64,000 bases of DNA from Cystobasidiomycetes sp. EMM_F5 (GCA_051047955.1 JBPGPT010000010.1:1-64000); one strand, 5' to 3'. Positions 36,827 to 48,142 are shown, numbered from the stretch's first letter. Notes: generated by a model from the sequence alone, not told the origin. Made by a program: numbers and translations.

Positions 36827-37993
36827 ATGGACCAGGACACGCCCACCAATGCCACGGGAGATGTAGCCTGGGAGCCGCCCCACGGCGCGAATGGAGCTTC
36901 CGGACCGCCAGATACTGCCCTTATCGGAACAGATGGAGCGATAGTCAAAGCACACCGGACAGTGCTTTGCGTGTGCACAGAGATCTTTGACGCACTTCTT
37001 TCAATAACTGAAGACGATCAAGCTAGCGACAAGACTCCGGAAGGACTGTCGATAGTAAAGATGCACGAAACGTCTGCCGTACTTGCAGTCGTAATCCCCT
37101 TCTGCTACAACATTGAGGGTCCCGACCTCATGCTTGTGTCTCACGACCTAATGATGCAAGCGTATGAGGCCGCCCACAAGTTTGTCTGCTTGCGAGCCTT
37201 GGAGCGAATCAATGCCGAATTTGGAATGCGGTAAGCTAACCCATGTCAGCGAGATCCAGACAAAGCTGACAGCGGCTTATGCGTACCTGCCCTTGTCTCA
37301 GTTTCTCCCAAAACGACAGGGTTGTAAGAGATCCTGGCCCCGTTCAGCCTCCTTCACCACTAGGTCTATTACAAGGGCTTGGTACAGTCGCCGGCATCGG
37401 AGTCAACGAAGCGCAAGCCCTTAGCGCAAAGGCAAAGACTATTATAAAGGCCCTGGAGGTGTATGCAATGGCAAAAAGGTTTGATGATCGTCAGCTGCTC
37501 AACCTCAGCCGTGGCCGCGCTTGGCAACAGTATGACCTCAACAAACCATTCTTCTTGCTGGAGGAGATAGGCATCGATGATATTACTACATTTGTCAGTC
37601 ACTTTCGCTCGCCAAATCGTCTAGTTTGCTGAAGATGGTCTGCATCAACAGCTCTTGTCAAAGCAAAAGGCCAGGAATAGTCTAAACGTACTGCTCACAA
37701 AAGCAGCAGGCGTAGCACCCAAAGTGGCGAAATGGAAGTGCTGCACGCCTGAATTGCACGCGTCTTTGATGGAAACCTGGACCAACGCGGTCAATAAAGC
37801 ATCGACTCGATTAAACGAGTCGGGTCGGAACTTGACTCTTGTAATCCACCGTCCGAGACGACCCGGCGCCCCACCTGCCATGCAGCCAAATGATGCTGAG
37901 AGAGTAGGCCAGCCAGAGTGCTTCCTCGCCATATTGGATACCTTTGATGCCCTCCATAGAAGCTGGACCGATGTTCTCCGTCCTCACATGTAG
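36827..37993 (+). CDS. BTB/POZ-domain protein, paralogue 1 (intact, 3 exons)
   Basis: PDTALIGTDGAIVKAHRTVLCVCTEIFDALL...IVKMHETSAVLAVVIPFCY...YEAAHKF; introns 37231-37301 and 37594-37651 give a continuous frame. Confidence 0.85.
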
Positions 37994-38674
37994 TATCCGC
38001 CTTTCTGATCGCATGCGCGAAGCGATTCCAAATGCTGTTGTTCGACTAAATCGTACATATGCAGTTACATCAGATTGTGTTGTGTCATTCTCAGCAGCAT
38101 CCCGACGGCCTTTTTTTCTGTTTGTCGCGATTGGTACCAATTGCGCACACCTACTTTGCTTTTGCGGCTGATGTCTCCACAAACGGCTCCTTCCGACTCG
38201 TAAGGCAGGAGAGGCCGCCATTCCTTCGCAGAAGACATAAGCGTGCGCACTTGCAATATGATATGTGCACGCCTGGTCACAACGCTTACGTGGCCGCAGC
38301 TTTGACCTCTCTTTCCCCGCCGCTGGTCTGCAGCTTGATATGTATTCAAGTTCAGCCCGCAATACTGATATCAGTGCTTTTCGCATGGTCGACATCGACA
38401 TCGCGGCAGTCAACCCATGTCGGAAGCCTCGCTCTAAGAGCTACATCCACGATGTCGTCGAGCGATATGGACATCCAAGCCGTCTGGAGCAACCGGAAGA
38501 GACTCTCGAGCAGACGCGCGCGCGCGACGTCAGACTGTTCGACGTGCACCGCGTCGTACAGTAAGAGCTGTAGGGCCTGCGGCACTTTGGAGCGCCTACA
38601 ACTCGCATCACCGCCCTCATCTGCGCTCCGAGCCTGTACTCGCTCGATTTCCGAGTGGGCACTCGTAAGCACTC

Positions 38675-39872
38675 ATGGACAACGGCCGCGTCTCGGACGT
38701 CAATGACGATTCCAGCAGTGATGGTATGAGTCATGAAAATGCTGAAATCACATTTGTCACGCAATGGGAACCGCCAACTCCTACAAATGGCACTTCTGGG
38801 GCTCCTGACATTGCCTTGCTTGGCACAAATAGTCGAGTGCGGAACACAATAACCTTGTTCAAAGCTCACAAAGCGGCCCTGAAGGCAAACACCGAAATCT
38901 TTGACGCGATGCTGTCTGTGGAGGAGGACCTTCATGCGGATATGACGACGCCTTGCGGCCTGCCATGTGTCGTGATGCAGGAAACGATTGCTGTCCTTGC
39001 TATCGTCATCCCTTCTTGCTACAACATCGAAGGACCTTGTCTACATTCAGTGCCTCAGGACACGCTCATGTTGGCTTACGAGGCCGCGAATAAGTATGTC
39101 AGCTTGAGGAGCAAATACAAGATTTGCATGGAAATCGCTCGAAGGTCGGCTTCTCACTGTCATTCTGCATTTGCTGAATCTGATGGACTGCATCCAGGTT
39201 AAAGTTACCTCGCAGTATCAGCGTGACGACCCAAATTGGTTCGCAGGTTTCCGAGCCGATGCTCGACACAGCTATCAACAATTTCGACATTTTCGTGACA
39301 GCTCAGCGTTGCGAAGATTCCTGGCTCATGAATTGTAGCCGTATTGCGGCATTGAAGCAACATTGAAGCAATTCAATGCCGCCACTGCATCTCGATATAC
39401 TTTATTGCTGCCCAGCGATCAAATGTCTGCAATGGCGAGAGGTCACAGCTGTAGGAGATGTGTTGTTTTGGAAAATCTGACAGCGGCATTCTGGCTCGTG
39501 CAGATAGCTAGGCGTAGGGAACTGCAGGCCGCATTGGTCAATATTCTCACAAAGGCTTATATCGAATGCGGAGCAAGCTCGTCGTGGTTATGTTGCGCAG
39601 GACCAGACCAAGACGAGCACCACGACGAGATCTGTCAAAAATGGAACGCCTTTTTGGCTAGAGCCATTCGAAACGTAGTCTCCGACAAGGTGCCCGACAT
39701 CGATCACTGTATCCACACGCATACTCTGCCGGCCTTGGGCCAGATGTACGCAGAGATGGAAGGCGACGATGAGCCGTCTGAGTGCACCATGACGTTGGTC
39801 AATCGAGACGCGGCGATGAGGAAGCGCTGGGCGGACAGTATTCTCAATCACGCAAAGAAGTTTGGGCGTTAG
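38675..39872 (+). pseudogene. BTB/POZ-domain paralogue 2, disrupted by an 11-bp tandem duplication
   Basis: PDIALLGT...FKAHKAALKANTEIFDAML...VMQETIAVLAIVIPSCY...YEAANKY; intron 39145-39197; cattgaagcaa x2 (39350-39371) creates in-frame TGA at 39364-39366. Confidence 0.75.
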
Positions 39873-40200
39873 GCTATGATTCGGTACGCCCAACGCTGTT
39901 CCCCGGATTACAGAAGTCTCTGTCTATCAATGAATGAGTATGCAGCTTCAGCTCGTGAGACCATAACTAGAATGTTGCGGCTCTCGATATGCGAAATCTA
40001 GCTTGTTTTGCTTGCATGCGTTGTTTGGTCTCCTCCGTCGGATGGTCTGTGCGAGCCGAACACGGAGCTAACATGTTGTCGGACGCTGAAATGATGCTGC
40101 ACTTGTTACCACCCTACGGATATCTCTAGCTAACTCCTCGAATACTGGCCCTAGCACGGGCAGATTGACCAGCGCGCATCCATATCGGACATTTGCAGCA

Positions 40201-41286
40201 ATGGCCACTGCATGGGAGCCGCCTCAAGATACAAACGGAGTCTCGGGACCGCCAGATATTGCACTCATTGGCACTGACGGCGGCATCGTCAAGCTCATCG
40301 TACCGTTCTGAGGCTATCTACCGAGGTCTTCGACGCGATGCTGCCAATGGATGAAGATCCAAGCGCCAGTATCACTACGTCCGACGGACTCACTGCTGTC
40401 AAAATGCAAGAGACCAGCGCTGTGCTCGCTCTAATAATCCCACTCTGCTACAATTTGCAAGGGGTTGATCTCCAGACTGTTCCCCACGATTTATTGTTCA
40501 GTGCATACCGAGCGGCAAACAAGTTTACATGTCTACGGGCAAGGGACCGCTTCTCACATGAGTTCGCCATGAGGTACGTTGGTTGACCTTTTCTGTTGCT
40601 CTTGCTGAACTTTGCCGTTCAAACATATATGCAGGGTCGTGATGAAAAAGCGCGGAACTGCGGATAGGAGAAGAGAACAAGCGGCGACGCAGAACAATTG
40701 TTTGGACATCTTCGCCGCCGCTATCCAATGTGAAGATCAGGACCTCATTCAGATCACTCGGATTCCCGCATTCAAGCAATTTGATCTGAATAACCCGTTT
40801 CGCTTAGCAGAAGCCATCGGTATGAAGACCACTCTGCATTTCGTGAGTCCTTTCGTCCATACTTTCCAAAAGAAAATGTCTGTTGATGGTATGCATGCGA
40901 TGGTACAGTTGAAAGAGAAAACAAAGCTCAAGAACGAATTAGCACATCTGCTGTGTGATGCGATGGTGATGCCGGCGAACTACGCGGAATGGACATGTTG
41001 CAGGTCTGAACTACACACGACGTTACTGCGGCGCTGGCTTTCCTATCTCAAAGATGCCATGCGTCAACACATCACGTCCGGTCTTATCCGGCAAAATCCC
41101 TGGCCTGAGATGCCCGACGACATGTCGAGGAAGGATGATTTCCTCGAAATTATGCATTATGCAACAACGACCTACGATGAAGTAGATACTGTCTCGCTGT
41201 GCTATGCCACAATAGACGACGCAATGGGAAAACTTGCCACAAACTGGACGGCGTTATTGCGACGGTATGAGAGCAATATTGAGTAA
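40201..41286 (+). pseudogene. BTB/POZ-domain paralogue 3 with a 1-bp deletion in the BTB domain (or sequencing error)
   Basis: MATAWEPPQDTNGVSGPPDIALIGTDGGIV then aa-gct-cat-cgt-acc-gtt-ctg (KAHRTVL needs one extra base at ~40292); stop at 40309-40311; introns 40574-40634 and 40843-40908 at paralogous positions. Confidence 0.75.
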
Positions 41287-41574
41287 GTGCAAATTTACTG
41301 TGCAATATACCCTCCTTGACAAGGAAGCAGCTTCTTCTACAGGCAGATCTTTCATCACTGAATGCATGCGACTTGAGAACGGAGCACATGATGACAAGTG
41401 GAACATACTTTTCAATGTGCTGCTGGGAGACTTCCAAAAACTCTGAGCCTCGCAATCCTGAAGTTGTTGACAGTCTCCTATTGCTCGCTCGAGTTGCACG
41501 GATCACACTGAAACGCTGAAAACACGAGGCAACCTGCCTAACATAGCAGATTTGCCTACTCTACAGCAATGACG

Positions 41575-42427
41575 TTATGAAACTGTTTTATCTAAAACAC
41601 CGCGAGATTCTGCCAGTGTCAGGTCTACCCCGTCCATTGTAATTCTCTTCAACGATTGAAACGATGCATCCAGCATCCATGCTAAATGCTTCGGTTGTCT
41701 GCACAGGTTTGAACCAGAGAAAGATAGCAATTTGCATTGCGGCGGACTGATTGGAGGGTCGTCATAGCCGGGTGCTCGCAGAATGAGATCTACCATCGTT
41801 CCCTGACCTTGTCCGACAGTGCAGTACAGGTCGCTCGCCTTCAATGTGACCAAATTCGGTAGGTGAGAGAGCAGCCGAGCCAGATGAGAGCATTGTCCCC
41901 CGTCGTAACGGAGCTCCGTGAGACGGACTGCAGGGTGGACTTCTCCGTATCGACGTCGTAATGCGATAGAAGGTGTGTAACGATGAGTCTCCCGGACAAC
42001 AAGCTTTTCGAGGTTTTGCAAAGACAAGCAGCGCATAAACACCTCTTCACCTGTCTGGCCGTCGAACGTCGCAATCCTAAGCTGCCGAACCATAGCAGCA
42101 GCGTGCGGGTTCAGGTTCAAAGCTTCCTGTGAGAATGTTGCTCGACAATCGGACGACTTGCACTGCATTTTGACCTCTTCTCACCATGACTGGCCAGCTG
42201 CGACGCTTGAATCCAATCCAAATCGTCTGGTATAGCATGGGTGAAGCTACGGAATTCCAAGCTGTGGACACTCGACAGCAGGAGGCCAGAAATCTGAGAG
42301 CAGCGACCGGCTGTCTGTGACTATCTTCCTTAGCGTAGTACGTGATGTCGGCATAGGCAGTCTCGATGATTGGCCGAAGCAATTCGATAGGTACTCTTTG
42401 AAAGCTTCTTCTGCGGGATTCACACAT
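41575..42427 (-). CDS. F-box-like/LRR (RNI-like) protein, paralogue 1 (3' end uncertain, possibly truncated)
   Basis: RVPIELLRPIIE...FLASCCRVSTAWNSVASPMLY; intron 42184-42127; LRR-like LQNLEKLVV, LTELRY, LPNLVTLK. Confidence 0.75.
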
Positions 42428-43059
42428 CTTCGTTTGCGCCAAGTTAGCGGTGATAATGCCTGAACGATGAGGAAAAGCAATGCTGAGTTTCGAGCAAATT
42501 GATTGTGGCCTGACTCATTCCCATCACCGTTTTGCGGTGTGAGATGGCCATCCCAGCCCTACGGTTCAACGGACCCTTGCAATCTTGATAATGTGACGTA
42601 GTCAGCAGGCAGGTAATAGTGGTAATGAGCAGAAGCTTGCTGCCATCAGTGGAACGCCGTTGCAGACAAAAGTCCGCTCCGCTAGGTAAACCGTTGTGTA
42701 CGGATACCACACAACCTGGGCGCAAAGATACTACTGAGGTTGTGAGTAGTGTCGATACTGGACATGCATATCTGAAGCTGGCATATCTATGTTGGCACTG
42801 ACGCGGAGGCGTACGGCCAGGCGTGGAGTCGAGGGCTTTCTGCTTAAGCGTCGCTTGAGTAAATCAGGCGTCAATCGCCTGCACGAGCAGATATTGCAGG
42901 GTCTTGGGTTTTGCTGATGAAAAGCCTTCCCCCGTGTAAGACATCATTACGCTACGCTAAAGTGTGTTGCGATAAGACTGCTCTTAATGCACTCTGCTTT
43001 GCGAAAAATTCGTACAGGTCTCGAAAATGCCTGCGGCCAGGAGTAAGTAATACTCTAGC

Positions 43060-44279
43060 TCACGCAACGGCAGACATAAGATCCGCATATGCTTCGTGGT
43101 GGATTGTGATCTTCTTGTGAGTCAGCGTATCGCATATCGCCAGAATCTGACTGACTGGCCAGACATCCGAGTCGGAGAGATGTCGCGGGAAGATGTGAAT
43201 CTGGGGTGTGTGCATAAGAAGCCGTCGCATTCTCAATCTCAGTCTCGCGCGTAATTGCTCACTTCGTCTAGAGCAGGTAACTCTTGTAAGCCAGCGCACA
43301 GATCTGGTGCAGGTTCAGAAGGCAGTGAGTAGGAGTAGCCGGATGACAAATCTACCAGCAACGAAATGACTTGAACATTGGCAAGTACATGCACTAGGGT
43401 GGAGAAACCGACGATAAAATGATCGAGTGTCGCACTCCGGAGAGATTCGGCCGAAGATTGCATGAGCCAGGCTAGGTGCATAGAGTCGCCGCAGATGCCG
43501 GGAGAATCGAGATGCTGTAAGCGACAAGCGGGCGGCTCAAAGTCTGGAAGTAACCCAAATTCCGGAACAAAGATTGGCAGCATTGTGTCGAAATCAGTTA
43601 CCTGAGCAAGCAGGTGCGGCATCGCTGTGCGATTATGTGCAGATTCGCAATGAGTGCGACGTATCTTTAGGTGTGTGAGATGCGGCAAGTGGCTGAGTAG
43701 CTGCGCGAGGTGCGTGCAAGGTCCGCACTCGTACGTGAGGTGCGTCAGATATGGAAGGGGCAGCGGGACTCCGTAAGTGATACGTGAAGCCACTTTGGCT
43801 TCGCAGTAAGTCTGTTGGCTGACGTGAAGGGTGCCGACACTGGATATGGATATACTGCATATCCTGAGTATATCTGAAGCGGTCATTTCATTGTAGCCGA
43901 TGATACGAATACATTTGACAAGGCCTGCTGCCACTGGATTTTCAACGATGCGCCGCTGTGAACGATAGCGCCTCAACACATCACAGTCCCATGCATCGAA
44001 AAATTGTGAAGTCGCTCTCACCAGGAGTCTCTTTCCCTGCTTGCTGTTGTTGAAGCGGAGCGTATTGTATAGCTTTGGCTGGGCAAGAGCCTGCCACGCA
44101 GATGACACGCGGCATAGACGGGCCAGGTAGACGTTACTTGCGGTGATTGCCTTTCCGCTTTCCTTTCCTCTAGCGCCTCTTGCAAAGTCCATTAGATTCG
44201 TGTCGATAACGAGCTCAATTATATTGAGAGGCAGCTTCCCAATACTGCGCAGAGATGCACAGCGATGGTTACTGGGCAT
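43060..44279 (-). CDS. F-box-like/LRR protein, paralogue 2
   Basis: KLPLNIIELVID...YLARLCRVSSAWQALAQPKLY; in-frame intron 44021-43956; LPYLTHLTY, LPHLTHLK, CRLQHLD; terminal exon IHIFPRHL...KKITIHHE. Confidence 0.8.
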
Positions 44280-44724
44280 GAGCTGGGGCAGTTGTGGGTG
44301 AGAGGAAAACAACGACGGTAACGAGAGCCAAGTCTGAAGGCTGCTCCTCACGAGCAGATACGTTGCAGTTGAACGGTATGTGTCCAACCTGCCTCCAGAG
44401 AGGACGACCTATAAAAGTGTCGATGTCTCGCGAGAGCATTAGCAGCTGTCTCCGCATCTCCGCCATAGTGTCTCTCTTTGATAAGAATCCAGCCTCCCGC
44501 TATATGGCACTACTAGTGGTCATAAATGCCATGTCAGCATGTCGAGCAGTCCTAGTAATACTGCAAATAACATCACAAGACGTGTCGATAGCGATGCCAC
44601 AGCTGTAAGCTTTACGCTCTCACATGCTTACGTTGGCGAGTTTTGGAACCGCAGAGTTTTACTCAAGATGTGCGCTACCATTTCAACGACTCTGACCACT
44701 TGAGCGCAGACACTAAGCCATATT

Positions 44725-45886
44725 TCAGGTTTCTAGGTGCACTGTGACTTTCTTGAGCGGCAGCATGTCGCGCAGAGCCAGAATTTGATTAAGCGGCCAT
44801 ATCTCCGTGCTCCCAAAGCGTTGGGGAACAATGTGAATCTAGCATATATTTGTCAGAAATACTAATCATCCCACTAGGTCATATCGGAACTTACCTCGGT
44901 TAGCTTCGCTAGCTGTTGGAAGCCAAAGCAGAGCTCTGGGGCAGGCATAGGCACGATTGAGGAAATCTCAGCGAATAGATTCACTACCAATGTGATTACT
45001 TCGATGTTGATTAGCAAGTGCATAAGATTGAGGATACCAACAACAGAGTAATCGATTGTCATCTCTCGAAGCGATTCGATTGAAGACTGCAGGAGCCAAG
45101 CCAGGTGCACTGATTTACCGCAAGTTCCGCTGACCTCTACAACCCGAAGACGGCAAGCGGGAGGATCACAGTCTGGCAGTGAACCAAAACCAGGGACGAA
45201 AACCGGAAGCATTGTTTCGAATTCGCATAGGCGTGCAAGGAGTTGCGGCATCTCTACGCGACTTTGTGCGGATTCGCAGTAAGTCCATACTACCTTCAGG
45301 TTTACCAGGTGAGGCAAGTGGCTGAGGAGCTGAGCGAGATGTGTACAAGGGCCGCGCTCATATGTGAGGTGTGTGAGTTGCGGGAGTGGCAGCGGCAGGC
45401 CGTATTCGGAGCGTGACGCTATACTCGCCTCGCAATGCGTCTGCTGTCTGACGTGAAGGTTGCTGATACCGGCTATGGACGTAATGTAGGTCTTGAGTAT
45501 GTCTGAAGCAGTCAGGTTGTCATGTGCAACAATGCGGACGCATTTCGCAAGGCCTGGAGGAACTGGCATTTTGGCAAGGCGCCGCTATGCATGACAATGT
45601 GTCAGTAGAATATGAGCAGACACACCGGAGATTCCGCAACCGCGCTCACCATTAACCGTTTCCCTGGTTTGCTACTGTTGAGGCGAAGCGTATTGTACAG
45701 TCTCGGTTTTGCTATAGCCTGCCAGACGGTAGATACACGACAAAGACGAGCAAGGTGCACATTGCCCGCAATTACTCCCCTCCCACTGTCGCCATCTCTC
45801 GCGCCGTATGCGAAGTCCGCCAGATTGATATCGACGATGATCTCGATGAGAACGATAGGTAGTCGTCCGACGGGACAGGGACTCAT
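44725..45886 (-). CDS. F-box-like/LRR protein, paralogue 3
   Basis: RLPIVLIEIIVD...HLARLCRVSTVWQAIAKPRLY; intron 45649-45585; colinear with paralogue 2; terminal exon IHIVPQRF...KKVTVHLET*. Confidence 0.8.
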
Positions 45887-46170
45887 TGCTGTGTATGCAC
45901 TCGGAGTGGTTGGATTAGAATGAATGCTTGGTATGGACGAAGCCCAGGACTACTGCTGATGCTGGTGCCAATCAGCCAAAAACGGGACATCAGTCAAACG
46001 TATGGCGGTGTATAACGTGACGTGAGTAAGCCCTTGTCTGAAGTGATTTGCAACGTACAGAGGTGCTGTTATTCGTGTCTTGCAGATGCAGCCGTCTCCG
46101 CATTTCTTGACTGTGACCATTCTGCAATTGACACCCTCCGTCTTTGCAGTTCCAACACCGCCATGTCAGC

Positions 46171-48085
46171 ATGTCAGCAGATCTTGCATCAGTCAAGGCA
46201 GAGCTCAAGCAGTGGGAGAGGCAATTTCGAGTCGAGCATGGGCGCGAGCCATCCAAGGCGGATATCAAGGCTGTCGCAGCCATAGGTGGGCAGGGCATCC
46301 GGCGATACAGCGGCAGGCCAGCTGAAGCATATTGCAGCTGAGCTGTACAAGGTGTACAGCAAGTCAAGAGCCGACAAGCCTGCAGACAAGCCTGGTCCGT
46401 CAGAGAAGAAGGCCGCAGAGCCAGCGACGTCCGTCGATAATGTAACGCCTCGAAAAGCCAGACCTGTGGAAATATTCAAGACACCTGTGAAGCCGTCACC
46501 CGCAGATACACTACAAGCTCGTCGTGATGCGACTGGCCCACCAATGTCACAGACTGATTTCGCATTTGCACCATCGCCATCCCGTTTACGCGCCCTAGCC
46601 GCGTCGCGATCGTTTTCTGGTTCCCCAAACAGCCGTTCTCCGCTGAAGCCTACGCCATTCGATGCTGCACGCCCAGACGCCTCGACATTCTCTCCTCGCA
46701 GTCTTGGAAGAACAATCGTAGTGCCACGCAAGAATGTCGCAGACACACCCCGCACAAAGGCTCTCAAATGGCTCTCGGGTGATGCTATTACTTCGCCCGT
46801 CAAGCCGAAGCGAGACCGGAAGGGGGGTGACACTGCTTCCTCCAGCCGTCTAAACGAAACGAGGAGTCTCATAGTCTCAGGCTTTGAAGAAACTGGTAGC
46901 ACTATTGGTGCTGCATCGCAAGCACGGCAGCTGTCTCCTAAACGGGCTTCACAGGAAGTGGACATGCAGACAGGACCAGAGGACGACCCTGAAGAGATAG
47001 ATTTCCTGGCTCCGTCTCCGGTCAAAGGCAAGCCTGTCATCGGGATGGACAAGGGCAAAGGAAAACAAAGATTCGTTGACCTGCTTGGAGAAGCCGACAG
47101 CTTACCGCAAGACCCGCTACCCAATACCTCACAACATTCTTCCGAAAACGGTCGAGCTAGAGCTGCCGCCAGCTTTTTTGCACCTGCTGAAGTGCCAATC
47201 AAAGCGGACGAGGGGCAAGACGGTTCCGCTAGTAATCTTGCCCAAGCGTCACAGTCTGAAGGTTATGCAAGACCTCGCAAGCGCAAGAGCACCAAATCAA
47301 CCCTGACACCCTTTGACTCTCTCGAGGACGAGCTCGCAAAGCCGGTAGAACAAGATGCTTCGACCGCTCGAAACTCGGAATCCAATAACGCTGCGAAACC
47401 GACCGCGACGTCAGCCGGAAAATTTGGTGGAGACGGTCAGAAGGCGAAAGAACCTGTCAAGAAGCGCTCACGAAAAGAATCCGCCGCCCTGGCGAAAATG
47501 CTAGAGGAAGCCGACGAAGATGAGGATGCAATCTTTGCCGAGCTGCACGGAGCCGATGGAATGCAAACGGATGAGCCGAGCGCAAAACAGGCGACAGACG
47601 ACGAGGAGTACGAGACGCAAGATCTGGACGTTGAGTACGGTACCATGCCTAAAGAGCAGCACTCGAAATCGGCAGCCGTTGCCATGCTGGAGTCTCAGGT
47701 GCAGCTTGCGGAGAGCAATATGCTGCACGAATCTTTGGACGTAGATCTCGTCTCATTGCTATCTCTGCGATCTTCGCCTGTCAAGAATCGCTTGGCCAAA
47801 TTGCACAAGAAGCGCGATGAGACAGTAAAAGCCCTATTACGCGAGCCGACGTATCTCATTGCACAGAAGCGCGAAAAGCAAAAGAAAGGCTTGGAAGATC
47901 TAGATGACGATGATGCTTGGCTGCCACAGCGTAGACCTGGCGGGGAGGAGGACTTTGAAGATATACATCCCTCAGGTGGCATGCCGGATGAGGCTGAAGT
48001 GTTTGCCGAAGCCAGTGATGATGATTGGGCTAGCGAACCTGAAGGCTGGAAAGACTTGGGAGATGGTGAAATGGATGATCTGTAG
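46171..48085 (+). CDS. SLD2: DNA replication regulator Sld2/Drc1
   Basis: MSADLASVKAELKQWERQFRVEHGREPSKADIKAVAAI|AELYKVY is the Sld2/RecQL4 N-terminal motif, followed by many S/T-P-x-K/R CDK sites (TPRK, TPVK, SPLK, SPVK) and an acidic tail. Confidence 0.88.
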
Positions 48086-48142
48086 TAAGGCGCTGTGCAA
48101 CTTCATTCCATACAGCTCATTCTCGGGCATTGATGCACCAAC

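Noticed and set aside
38059..38706. Several overlapping 95-215 aa ORFs on both strands between BTB1 and BTB2
   Set aside because: No recognisable domain or consistent splice model; could be promoter/UTR or an unrecognised small gene, so left uncalled.
36600..46100. Island as a transposon or Starship-type cargo element
   Set aside because: No transposase or tyrosine recombinase, terminal inverted repeats or flanking target duplication seen; the genes have host-like introns and composition.
46189..47202. 337-aa antisense ORF over SLD2, and similar long antisense ORFs over the ABC, KOG1, golgin and SEC18 genes
   Set aside because: Shadow frames of real coding sequence, with no ATG context or domain features of their own.
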